Notes: a model not told the origin generated them from the sequence alone. DNA of 64,000 nucleotides from an uncultured Methanosarcinales archaeon (GCA_964630685.1 CAZVVW010000005.1:1-64000); one strand, 5' to 3'. Positions 53,685-63,067 are shown, numbered from the stretch's first letter. Made by a program: numbers and translations.

Positions 53685-54443
53685 ATGTTTGGATTAGGTT
53701 GGATTGGAACAATAATTGGATTCTTAGTGCTGTATATTTTTGCAGGCATTAAAATTGTTAATGAATATGAGAGGGGAGTAAGATTTACTCTTGGAAAATA
53801 TAAAGGAATAATTGATCCTGGATTAAGAGTTGTTTTTCCAGTTATACAAAGTTGGAGAAGGGTTGATATGAGAGTAAAAACCATAGATGTACCTGATCAA
53901 GATTGTATGACTAAAGATAATGTGAGTGTTAATGTTAATGCTGTTTTGTATTACAAAGTTAGTGGTGCAGAAAAAGCTATTTTGGAAGTAGAACATTATG
54001 ATTATGCTGTTTCTCAGCTTTCACAGACTACTATGAGGGATGTTGTTGGTGAAGTAACTTTGGATAAATTATTGGCAGAAAGAGATGCTCTCAGTAAAAG
54101 AATAAAACAAATAGTTGACAAAGCAACAGATCCATGGGGAATTAAGATTGAAAGTGTTGAGCTAAAGCATATTGAACTACCTCAAGATATGAAAAGAACT
54201 ATGGCCAAAGAAGCAGAAGCAGAAAGAGAAAAAAGGGCAGTTATAATTAAAGCTCAAGGGGAAGTTATGGCTGCAACAAATATGGCAAAGGCAGCGAAAA
54301 CGTTGTCTGGCTCTAAAGGTGCATTACATTTAAGAACTTTACAAACCTTGAATGACTTGAGTTCTGATGCAAGTAATACAATAATCTTTGCTACCCCAAT
54401 TGAAGTGCTTGATGCTTTTAAGGGGATTGCTAAAAGAAAGTGA
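53685..54443 (+). CDS. SPFH/stomatin-family protein
   Basis: EYERGV, TKDNVSV, QTTMR, WGIKIESVE, AEAEREKRA. Confidence 0.95.
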   Translation: MFGLGWIGTIIGFLVLYIFAGIKIVNEYERGVRFTLGKYKGIIDPGLRVVFPVIQSWRRVDMRVKTIDVPDQDCMTKDNVSVNVNAVLYYKVSGAEKAILEVEHYDYAVSQLSQTTMRDVVGEVTLDKLLAERDALSKRIKQIVDKATDPWGIKIESVELKHIELPQDMKRTMAKEAEAEREKRAVIIKAQGEVMAATNMAKAAKTLSGSKGALHLRTLQTLNDLSSDASNTIIFATPIEVLDAFKGIAKRK

Positions 54444-54555
54444 TTCTTTTTTGTTTTATTTTTTCTTTTTTTTTGATTTATTTATGATTTCTTTTCTTTT
54501 TGTCAAAAAAAATTGAGATACTAATTTAAATACAAGGGTAATTTCCCTTATTATT

Positions 54556-55272
54556 ATGGAAATAGTTCAAGAAATTCAAAAGAAAATACTCGTAAAATTA
54601 ATGCATAATCCTGGAATGCACTATAATGAATTATGGGGTAAAGAAGGAGAGAGTAATAAATTTAATTATCACCTACAGCGATTGATTGATGATGGATTAG
54701 TTACTAAAAAAGATGATGAGTATAAATTAACCACAAAAGGGAAAAAGATAGTTACCCATTTAGATGGTGAGACAGGAAATAAAAACCATAAACCTGTTGT
54801 GTGTTCTTTTATTGTTGGGTATAATTCTAAAACAAAAAAGATTTTAATAAATATCAGAAAAAAAGAACCTTTTTATGGGTATGCTGGGATTCCTGGTGGC
54901 AAAATAGATTTTGGAAATTCTCCAATTAAAACAGCTGAAGAAGAGTTTTTAGAGGAAACTGGATTAAAAGGAAAAATGAAATTAAAAGTTGTATCTAATT
55001 ATAACACCTATAATGACGGGGAACTTATGCACCATTTAATCGCATTTACTTATATTTGTGAAAATCCAACAGGAGAATTAATTAAAGAAGATAGAGAGGG
55101 GAGAAATGAGTGGATAGATGTAAAAGATATTGATAAACATCCTCGTTACCCTGATTTAGATCTTATGATTAATAATTCTCTGGCAAAAGGGGATAAAATT
55201 CATTTTTTGAATATTCACAGATGGCAGGAAGAAGAGAAATTTGTGGATATGAAAATTTTTGATGATTTCTAG
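54556..55272 (+). CDS. winged-helix + NUDIX domain protein
   Basis: SNKFNYHLQRL wHTH; PGGKIDFG..AEEEFLEETGL Nudix box. Confidence 0.85.
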   Translation: MEIVQEIQKKILVKLMHNPGMHYNELWGKEGESNKFNYHLQRLIDDGLVTKKDDEYKLTTKGKKIVTHLDGETGNKNHKPVVCSFIVGYNSKTKKILINIRKKEPFYGYAGIPGGKIDFGNSPIKTAEEEFLEETGLKGKMKLKVVSNYNTYNDGELMHHLIAFTYICENPTGELIKEDREGRNEWIDVKDIDKHPRYPDLDLMINNSLAKGDKIHFLNIHRWQEEEKFVDMKIFDDF

Positions 55273-55365
55273 ACTATTATTAGAAACTTTTATAAACAGC
55301 CCTTTAGTTTTCTATAGAATAAGCTTGTGCTGAGGGTACATAAGATATCCTCGGGAGGTCGGAAC

Positions 55366-55980
55366 ATGACAGATTATAAATTAGTTTTAGCTGACCCTAA
55401 GACTGGCAAATGTTATCAGCGTGAAATAAAAGATGCTGAATCAGAAGTCTTCTTGGGTAAAAAATTAGGAGAAAAAATTAAAGGTGACTCTTTTGGATTG
55501 AGTGGCTATGAGTTTGAAATTACTGGTGGTAGTGATAGCTGTGGATTTCCAATGCGAAAAGATGTTAATGGTGTTGAAAGAAAAAAAGTTTTAGTTATCT
55601 CTGGTGTTGGTGTAAAAATAAAGAGAAAAGGGCAAAGGCAAAGAAAGACTGTAAGGGGAAGAACAATTGGTAGAAATACCAGTCAAATTAATCTTAAGAT
55701 AATTAAGTATGGTAAATCTAAATTAGGTGCTGTTCCAGAAGGAATAGGGGAAGGCGAATCTAAAGAAGAAGAATCTAAAAAAGATTCTCCAACACTTTCA
55801 GAAAAAGAAAGCGAAAAAGAATCTAAGGCTAAAGAAGAAAAACCTAAAGAAGAAGTAGAGAAATCAGAAAAAGAAGCGCCAGAAGAGAAAGCTAAAGAAG
55901 AAGTAGAGAAATCAGAAAAAGAAGCGCCAGAAGAGAAAGCTAAAGAAGAAAAACCTAAAGAAGGTAAAGGTGACAAATAG
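55366..55980 (+). CDS. rps6e: 30S ribosomal protein S6e with acidic repetitive C-terminal extension
   Basis: ITGGSDSCGFPMRKDV, RKTVRG, QINLKI; GGAGGT RBS before ATG 55366. Confidence 0.95.
   Translation: MTDYKLVLADPKTGKCYQREIKDAESEVFLGKKLGEKIKGDSFGLSGYEFEITGGSDSCGFPMRKDVNGVERKKVLVISGVGVKIKRKGQRQRKTVRGRTIGRNTSQINLKIIKYGKSKLGAVPEGIGEGESKEEESKKDSPTLSEKESEKESKAKEEKPKEEVEKSEKEAPEEKAKEEVEKSEKEAPEEKAKEEKPKEGKGDK
55846..55941. repeat. 48-bp exact tandem duplication in the S6e tail
   Basis: Encodes KEEVEKSEKEAPEEKA twice. Confidence 0.9.
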
Positions 55981-57221
55981 TGAAAAAGGACACTTACAAA
56001 CAACCAGAAGTAAACATTGGGTTAGTTGGCCATGTAGATCATGGTAAGACTACTCTAACCGAGAGACTTAGCGGTAAATGGACAGATACTCATTCTGAAG
56101 AACTGAAAAAAGGAATTACTATAAGGTTGGGGTATGCTAATACTATTTTCAGAAAATGTAGTAAATGTAAAGGTGCTAAAGCTTATACTGTAAAAGAAAC
56201 TTGTGAACACTGTAAGTCAAAGACTAAAGAATTGAGAGGTGTTTCTTTTGTTGATGCTCCTGGGCACGAGAGTTTAATGGCTACTATGTTGAGTGGAGCA
56301 AATGTTATGGATGGTGCTCTGTTGCTGATTTCTGCGAATGAAAAATGCCCACAACCTCAAACAAGAGAACATTTGATGGCTTTAGAGATTATTGGAATTA
56401 AAAATGTGATAATTGTTCAAAATAAAATTGATTTAGTGTCTAAAGAAGATGTATTGAAAAATTATGAAGAGATTAAAGAGCTTATTAAAGGCACTCAATA
56501 CAAAGATGCTCCCATTATTCCTGTTTCTGCCCAATTTGCAATTAATATAGGCCATTTAATAGGAATGATAGAGAAAACTATACCTACTCCTAAACGAGAT
56601 AAAAAGAAATCTCCGATTATGTTTGTTGTTAGGTCTTTTGATATTAATAAGCCTGGTTCTGGTCCAGGAAAACTTGTCGGTGGAATACTTGGTGGCGCCT
56701 TGAAAGAAGGTATGTTAAAAGAAGGAGATGATATAACTATCCTCCCTGGAAGAAGCAAAGAAGAACACAATCAAAAGGTTTGGATGCCAATAAAAACCAA
56801 AGTAACTGGATTGATGAGTGGTACCCAAAAAATTAAAGAAGCTGGACCTGGGGGCTCTATAGCTGTAGCAACTTCATTAGATCCTTCTATTGTTAAATCA
56901 GATAATCTTAGCGGAAATGTAGTGGGATTGTTTGGAAAATTGCCTAAAGTGTGGAGCGAACTTCATCTTGAATCAAAATTATTAGAAAGGGTAGTGGGAA
57001 CAAAAGAAGAATTAGATGTTGAACCAATAAAGATAAATGAAGTGATAATGTTTAATGTAAATTCATCTGTAACTGCAGGGGTTGTTAGTGAATTGAGCAA
57101 AGAAGGGTTTAAATCTAAATTAAAATTACCTGTATGTGCTGATGTAGGTGATAGAGTAACTATTTCTAGAATGGTTGGTTCTAGATTTAGGTTAATTGGT
57201 TATGGGATTATTAAGGGGTGA
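55980..57221 (+). CDS. eif2g: translation initiation factor aIF2 gamma
   Basis: QPEVNIGLVGHVDHGKTT, GITIRLGYA, DAPGHE, NKID, RSFDINKPG. Confidence 0.97.
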   Translation: MKKDTYKQPEVNIGLVGHVDHGKTTLTERLSGKWTDTHSEELKKGITIRLGYANTIFRKCSKCKGAKAYTVKETCEHCKSKTKELRGVSFVDAPGHESLMATMLSGANVMDGALLLISANEKCPQPQTREHLMALEIIGIKNVIIVQNKIDLVSKEDVLKNYEEIKELIKGTQYKDAPIIPVSAQFAINIGHLIGMIEKTIPTPKRDKKKSPIMFVVRSFDINKPGSGPGKLVGGILGGALKEGMLKEGDDITILPGRSKEEHNQKVWMPIKTKVTGLMSGTQKIKEAGPGGSIAVATSLDPSIVKSDNLSGNVVGLFGKLPKVWSELHLESKLLERVVGTKEELDVEPIKINEVIMFNVNSSVTAGVVSELSKEGFKSKLKLPVCADVGDRVTISRMVGSRFRLIGYGIIKG

Positions 57222-57226
57222 ATCAA

Positions 57227-57403
57227 ATGGTTGATAAAAGAATAAAAAAAGCTGCACTAAAAAAGACAAAAACTCTTGAGAAAAAAAAGATTATGAGTAA
57301 AGAAGAATTAAAAAAAGATGATGCTGCTTTTATAAAAATGGCTAAAAGTTTGCCTAGATTGTTAAAAGGTAAATTTGCTAAAAGAATCAAAAAAAAGAAA
57401 TGA
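57227..57403 (+). CDS. small basic hypothetical protein
   Basis: GGGGTGA RBS; Lys-rich 58 aa. Confidence 0.5.
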   Translation: MVDKRIKKAALKKTKTLEKKKIMSKEELKKDDAAFIKMAKSLPRLLKGKFAKRIKKKK

Positions 57404-57410
57404 TATGGTA

Positions 57411-58121
57411 TTAAGGAGTTAATACTTTTGAAATTCTCTTAATTACATATCCCTTATCTCTCGGATTATTAACAAAATCTAATTTATCTCTATCTATGAT
57501 TATTGTTTTCTTTGGATTCCAATCATATTTTCTTAATGAGATTACATAATCTCTGTAGAATCCATCTAAATGTTTGATGTAATCTAAACTTATTGCTTGA
57601 GTTCCATCTGCATCGTCTTGTAATTCCATATCTCTCTGTCTTTCACTATGGATATTGTCATAAGAATGTTGAGGAGATATTTGGAGTAATATCAAAAGAT
57701 CTATGGGCCTTATGTTGTCTGTTTTTTCCTTAAATAAGTCAAGATATTGAATGTGTTCTTTATCAGATAAATATCCAAAATGGTTGAGTGATTTTGCAAA
57801 AACTAAAGGATCTTCATATATTGAACGGTCAAATATTGCTGAATTGCCTTCTTTCTCAAAAGAATCATAATCTTTAACTCTTCTATTCAAAAGATATTTT
57901 TGCAATTCAAAAGAGTATTTTTTCTTGTCTTCATAAAATTTAGAAAGTATGGGGTTTTCAGCTATCTCTTCGTAAAATGCGTTAATTGATGCTGTGTTTT
58001 CTATTAGTTTTGCTAATGATGTTTTTCCAGAACCAATGTTTCCTGCAACAGCTAAGAGTAGATTTTCATGAGATAGGCGTGCTCTTAAAATTCCATTGTT
58101 AGTCGATGGTTTTTTAATCAT
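57411..58121 (-). CDS. deoxynucleoside kinase
   Basis: AGNIGSGKTS, KFYED, FDRSIYED, LDFVNN. Confidence 0.9.
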   Translation of the reverse strand: MIKKPSTNNGILRARLSHENLLLAVAGNIGSGKTSLAKLIENTASINAFYEEIAENPILSKFYEDKKKYSFELQKYLLNRRVKDYDSFEKEGNSAIFDRSIYEDPLVFAKSLNHFGYLSDKEHIQYLDLFKEKTDNIRPIDLLILLQISPQHSYDNIHSERQRDMELQDDADGTQAISLDYIKHLDGFYRDYVISLRKYDWNPKKTIIIDRDKLDFVNNPRDKGYVIKRISKVLTP

Positions 58122-58265
58122 TTTTATATTAATTATTCTTGATATATTTAGTTGATTCTTTTATTCACTCCCTTGTTTTTATTGTTTATTGATACTATAA
58201 AAAAGTTTCTATGATTGATCCCCATACTAAAAATTTATATTGTTTATTAGTTTAACTTAATAAAA

Positions 58266-58406
58266 ATGGAAGTTCCTGATTATGAAGAAGTAGAATTTGT
58301 ATGTGAATGTTGTGGTAAAAAAGTTAAAAGAATTAGGCGAAAAAATAATGATTCTAATGAATTTTTATGTCAACAATGTGGTAAAATAAGTATTGGATCT
58401 GATTAA
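58266..58406 (+). CDS. 46-aa zinc-finger microprotein; not in ORF track
   Basis: FVCECCGK..FLCQQCGK; upstream TTTATAT box. Confidence 0.7.
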   Translation: MEVPDYEEVEFVCECCGKKVKRIRRKNNDSNEFLCQQCGKISIGSD

Positions 58407-58466
58407 TGTTTTTAGAAAAGTTTATATAGTTTTATTCGTGAAAAGTTTACAAAAGAGCGTGAATAA

Positions 58467-59180
58467 ATGAAATTAACTCTAAAGAAAAAACCAAAAAATC
58501 CAATTCTTATAGAGGGTTTTCCTGGTTTTGGTTTGATTGGCACTATTGCCACTGAATATCTTATTGACCATTTAGATTGTGAATTAATCGGAAGGTATTG
58601 GTTTGAAGATCTTCCTGCGACTGTTGCGATTCATGAAGAAAAAATGGTGAATCCTGTGGGTATTTTCTATAACAAAAAAAACAATATTGTGATTATTCAT
58701 TCTATTGCTGGTGCTACAGGTGTTGAATGGAAAGCAGCTGATTTTGTATTTGGTGTTGCTAAAGCGCTCAGGGTTAAAGAAATTATTAGTTTAGAAGGTG
58801 TTGGGGCTACAATTTTAAGTGAAAAAAGCAGTGTATTTTACCATACTAATAAAGAAAAAACAAAGAAAAAGATTGAAAAGATGGGGATTAAACCCTTGAA
58901 AGAAGGAATCATTATGGGGATTACGTCTGCATTGATGGTTATCATTAAAGAAAAAATTCCCATGACTTGCTTTTTTGCTGAAACTCACACTAGTTTGCCA
59001 GATAGCAAAGCCGCAGCTAAAGTTATAGAGGTTTTAGATAAATATTTAGGGTTGAATGTAGACTATAAACCTTTATTAAAACAAGCTGAAAAATTTGAAG
59101 ATAAATTAAGAAAATTAATGGAACGGGGAGTTACTGCCAAAAAACAGAAGGATCGTAAATCTTTGAGTTATGTTGGTTAA
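58467..59180 (+). CDS. PAC2-family proteasome assembly chaperone
   Basis: IEGFPGFGLIGTIATEYL, PDSKAAA, C-terminal SYVG. Confidence 0.88.
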   Translation: MKLTLKKKPKNPILIEGFPGFGLIGTIATEYLIDHLDCELIGRYWFEDLPATVAIHEEKMVNPVGIFYNKKNNIVIIHSIAGATGVEWKAADFVFGVAKALRVKEIISLEGVGATILSEKSSVFYHTNKEKTKKKIEKMGIKPLKEGIIMGITSALMVIIKEKIPMTCFFAETHTSLPDSKAAAKVIEVLDKYLGLNVDYKPLLKQAEKFEDKLRKLMERGVTAKKQKDRKSLSYVG

Positions 59181-59682
59181 TTTAATATATTCTTTAATAT
59201 ATATTTTAGGGTTTATAGTTTTAAATGGTTATTTTTTAAAATATATTCTGTAAAAGATATGATTTAATGTGTTTTTTGTAGTGCTTATAACTTTTAGTCT
59301 TTGCTTAAAAGTTTTAATACGTTAAATTGAGCTTAGAGGTTTTAATCTTTTCTTAAATGTTTTAGTTAGATTAACAAGAAAGATTTTGATTTTTAAAATC
59401 TTAAATCATTATAAAAATTTTTAAATTTTTTATATAATTGCAATATTGAAAATAAATACTACTCTTTTTTGTTGAAAAGTGTAAAGAATTTTTTGGATAT
59501 AAAAAAATAAATATTGTTTTTTGAAAAAAGTTGGGTTTTTGATATTTTTTGTTTTTGCTGGTTTTATGATATTTTTAAGTGTGTTGTTTTTTATGAAAAA
59601 CCCTTGCGGTTTTTGTGTAAATAAGGCAAAGTAAGTCCATTTAAGCACAAAAATAGGGGTTTTAAGGGAAGATTTATATATT

Positions 59683-59710
59683 TACGCGTATAAGGTACAT
59701 TATACGCGTA
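59683..59710. other. dif-like Xer recombination site
   Basis: TACGCGTATAA-GGTACA-TTATACGCGTA: perfect 11-bp inverted arms, 6-bp spacer, inner ATAA/TTAT; 34 bp upstream of xerA. Confidence 0.8.
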
Positions 59711-59744
59711 TTTTTGAGCACAAAAGTCTAAAAAAGAGGTAAAA

Positions 59745-60557
59745 ATGATAGAAAAGCTTGAAACTGAATTGAAATTAAGGGGTTTTAGTAAACAAACTTT
59801 AAAGGCTTATTTGTATTATAATCGATTATTTCTTAGATATATTCAAAAAACGCCAGAAAGTATTTTAGAAGATGATATAAAAAAATATATAGGTCATCTT
59901 TTGACTGATGAAAACTATTCTGCTTCTTCGGTTAGTTTAGTAAAAGCTGCGTTGAAATTTTTTTATGATGAAGTGCTGAAAAAAGGGGTTGTTAATTTCA
60001 AGACTCCTAAAATCGATAAAAAGTTACCAATTGTGCTTTCTAAAGAAGAAGTGAGGAAATTGATAGATTCTGCAGGAACTGAGAAAAGTAAATTGATTAT
60101 CAAAATGTTGTATTCTTCTGGATTGAGGTTAAGTGAATGTATTAACTTGAAAAAAGGGGATTTAGAGTTTAGTGAGAAAATTGCGTGGGTTCGTGGCGGA
60201 AAAGGTAAAAAAGATAGAATTGTTATTTTTTCTGAGAATTTGATCGAAGAATTGAAAAAATACCTTGAAAACAAGGGTTTTGAGTCGGAATATGTGTTTT
60301 CAGGGCCAAATGGATCTATTAGTGCAAGGAATGTACAAGATATAGTAAAAAACGCTAGCAAACGTGCTGGAATCACTAAAAACGTTAGTCCCCACACTTT
60401 AAGACATTGTTTTGCAACACATTTACTTGAATCAGGAGTAGATATTAGAAAGATACAGGAATTACTTGGACACTCTAATCTTCAAACAACCCAGATATAT
60501 ACGAGAGTTTCTAAAGAAGAATTGAAGAAGGTAAAAAGCCCTTTGGATGATATCTAA
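59745..60557 (+). CDS. xerA: XerA-type tyrosine recombinase
   Basis: SGLRLSE (R), GKGKKDR (K), HTLRH (HxxR), LGHSN, TTQIY; N-terminal LRGFS..T..AY. Confidence 0.9.
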   Translation: MIEKLETELKLRGFSKQTLKAYLYYNRLFLRYIQKTPESILEDDIKKYIGHLLTDENYSASSVSLVKAALKFFYDEVLKKGVVNFKTPKIDKKLPIVLSKEEVRKLIDSAGTEKSKLIIKMLYSSGLRLSECINLKKGDLEFSEKIAWVRGGKGKKDRIVIFSENLIEELKKYLENKGFESEYVFSGPNGSISARNVQDIVKNASKRAGITKNVSPHTLRHCFATHLLESGVDIRKIQELLGHSNLQTTQIYTRVSKEELKKVKSPLDDI

Positions 60558-60690
60558 AACCTTTAAACTTTGCTTAAAAGTTTTAAGCGTGTAATTGTTA
60601 AGGGTGTTTTTATGTTTATTATATTCTTTAAACTATATATTGTTAAATAATCTTTTTAAAATAATTAATTTATACTATTTGTTGAGATAT

Positions 60691-61254
60691 CTATTTTTGA
60701 GATACTATCTTCTTAGAAACTGATTCATTGATTTTTACAATGTTCTTTTTTGCTTGGAGCTCTCTGAATTGAGGGCTTAATCTTAAGTAAACTTCTTTAT
60801 CCAGGTATTTTTTGTAGATAGGTATTCCTTTTTCAATAAGATTTGTAATATAGTTTTGAACTAAAGGGGGTGTTATACACAAAAACTTAGCGATTTTTGA
60901 GTAAGTAACTGGCTCTTGTTCTTGCTCTAATGTATAAAAGGTTAGAAAAATTTCTTGTTCTTTTCTCGTCAGAGGGGTTATTTTAAACTTAATTTTTTTG
61001 TGTTTTGATGTTTTTTTTCCGAGATGCTGAATAAACATCATCACTTCATCTAATTTCTCATTTAATTTATCTATTTTAGAATCTAATTCATATAAATATT
61101 CATAATTAGAATGGATTTCATTTGTATTTTCGTTTATAGCGTCGAGGTGTTCTTCAAATTCGTCTTTGATTTTATCAAAAGTTGCCTTTAATTTTTTGTT
61201 TAATCGTTCTTTTTCTCGACGAGAAACTTGATTTTTTAAATTTTTGTTTACCAT
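60691..61254 (-). CDS. coiled-coil + C-terminal winged-helix protein
   Basis: Heptad region, then PLTRKEQEIF..TYSKIAKFL..VQNYITNLIEKGIPI. Confidence 0.75.
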   Translation of the reverse strand: MVNKNLKNQVSRREKERLNKKLKATFDKIKDEFEEHLDAINENTNEIHSNYEYLYELDSKIDKLNEKLDEVMMFIQHLGKKTSKHKKIKFKITPLTRKEQEIFLTFYTLEQEQEPVTYSKIAKFLCITPPLVQNYITNLIEKGIPIYKKYLDKEVYLRLSPQFRELQAKKNIVKINESVSKKIVSQK

Positions 61255-61300
61255 ATCCCAACAAGACAACAAAGAAAGAGGAGATTTAAATAGTTTTCTA

Positions 61301-61951
61301 CTAAACTCTTTTAATTAATTTACTGAGGTATAATTTTTCGTTTCCTTGCCTTACAACATCGACGTGATCTGATTCTTCTATCTCTGTAAGAATACGGTAA
61401 AAAGAACTCTTTGAGCATAATCCTTGTTCATCTACAACTATTTCTCTTAATTTTAAAGAGGAAATATTTTCATATTTCTGGATTAATGAAAAAACTAGGT
61501 TTTTTACATACCCTTTAGAATTTCTAGTTATTTTTTGAATTAATTTTTCTTTAAATGATGGCTTTGGAGGGTTCCCTATTTGTTCTATTTTTGAGTGTAA
61601 TTCATGGATTTTGTCGTGCATAGGCTGATGTGAATCCATGATAGTGTTAATCTGTTGATCAAAGCTCTTTATCCTGTTTAATAATTCTTTGAATGCATAA
61701 TGATCGTCGAGAATTTCCCTTATTTCATGTTTTGATAAAGGAGATGTCGATATTTTTTCATGAAGATGTTGAAGAAGCCTTTGTTGGTTTGCCATTATTT
61801 TTTCTTGTTCTTGATGTTTAAGATGAAAATAATTGATCCATTCAAAAATATTGGATGTATGGGATTTTACATTATTAAAAGAATCTGCCAATGTAGAATG
61901 GAGCGAATGAATATCTTCTTTTGTTGCGTATTTCTTTTTAGACCAAAACAT
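61301..61951 (-). CDS. coiled-coil + C-terminal winged-helix protein
   Basis: Helical body, then ISSLKLREIVVDEQGLCSKSSFYRILTEIE. Confidence 0.72.
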   Translation of the reverse strand: MFWSKKKYATKEDIHSLHSTLADSFNNVKSHTSNIFEWINYFHLKHQEQEKIMANQQRLLQHLHEKISTSPLSKHEIREILDDHYAFKELLNRIKSFDQQINTIMDSHQPMHDKIHELHSKIEQIGNPPKPSFKEKLIQKITRNSKGYVKNLVFSLIQKYENISSLKLREIVVDEQGLCSKSSFYRILTEIEESDHVDVVRQGNEKLYLSKLIKRV

Positions 61952-61988
61952 TATTTTTGTAATAAAAGCATTCTCATATATAAATTTT

Positions 61989-62228
61989 TGGGAATGTTTT
62001 GGGAATATGTTGGGAAAAATGTGGGAATGTTTTGGGCTTTGAAGTTGCTAAAAATGATGTGTTGAGGGCGTATTGGTTTTTTTGATGGGAATGGAGTGGG
62101 AACGTATTGGGAATAGTTTGGGAATAGGGTGGGAATGTTTTGGGAATAGAAATATTGGGGTTTATAGAGGAGAAAATAGGCTGGGAATGTGGGAATCTTT
62201 GAGAATAAAGTGGGAATTGGAGGGGAAT
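61989..62228. repeat. 11-bp-phased TGGGAAT direct-repeat array
   Basis: 13 TGGGAA copies plus degenerate ones, all on +; starts 61989/62000/62011/62022 and 62086/97/108/119/130/141. Confidence 0.9.
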
Positions 62229-62416
62229 TAAGAAGTTTATAGGTATAGTGAGGGTAAAAGTTATATATCAGTGATGTTCTTGAATGCTGTAAATGAATAT
62301 GGCATAAATATGGTGATGATATCCATTATTTAAAAAAATTTAAGTTAAAAGTGAGAGTTTATGGAGGGGAGTATAAGGTAGATATAAGGTAAATATGAGG
62401 CAGATATAACATATAT

Positions 62417-63067
62417 ATGACAAATATAAGATCTAAAGGGGAATTAGCAGTGTTTTTAGCTAGTTTAAAGGGGTTTAAGAAGCCAAAAGTGAGACTTGAA
62501 CAATATATTATGGATAGTGAAATAGGTGCTCAAGTGCTTTGGGAAGCCTATATGAAGGGAGATATAGAGGGAAAAGTGATAGCTGACCTTGGTTGTGGTA
62601 CTGGTTTATTGGGTATTGGGGCGTTATTATTGGGTGCTAAGAAGGTTTTTCTCGTCGATATTGATGATTCTGCTATTGAAGTGGCTAAAACTAACCTTGC
62701 TAAAGTCAAAAGTGAGGGTTATGGGAATTATATGATTGGTGAATCCATCTTTTTAATGTGTGGTGTGGCAGGGTTTGATGAGTCTGTTGATGTTATTATA
62801 CAAAATCCTCCTTTTGGAGTCAAAGTGAGGGGGGCTGATAGGGCATTTCTTAAGAAATCCATGAGTGTTGCAGATGTTGTGTATAGTTTTCACAAAAGTG
62901 AGAGTAATGAGTTCATTAAAAAGTGTTCTAATGATGGAGGGTTTAGTGTTGAAGGTTATTGGGAATTTGATTATCCAATAAAAGCTATGCATGAATTCCA
63001 TACTCGGAGAATTTATAGGTTTAGGGTTGGGTGCTGGCGATTGGTAAGAAAAAGAGTGAAGTGTTGA
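62417..63067 (+). CDS. METTL5-family methyltransferase
   Basis: [23 protein letters not shown]. Confidence 0.9.
   Translation: MTNIRSKGELAVFLASLKGFKKPKVRLEQYIMDSEIGAQVLWEAYMKGDIEGKVIADLGCGTGLLGIGALLLGAKKVFLVDIDDSAIEVAKTNLAKVKSEGYGNYMIGESIFLMCGVAGFDESVDVIIQNPPFGVKVRGADRAFLKKSMSVADVVYSFHKSESNEFIKKCSNDGGFSVEGYWEFDYPIKAMHEFHTRRIYRFRVGCWRLVRKRVKC

Noticed and set aside
59430..59648. 72-aa ORF in the AT-rich spacer (also 61760-62065)
   Set aside because: Low-complexity translations of non-coding or repeat DNA.
59745..60557. Prophage or integron integrase
   Set aside because: No viral genes, attC cassettes or IntI-specific insertion; size and adjacent site fit XerA.
61989..62228. CRISPR array or canonical ORB origin
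   Set aside because: Repeat core only 6-7 bp with 4-bp linkers; no ORB consensus and no orc1/cdc6 nearby; no obvious strand-bias flip.
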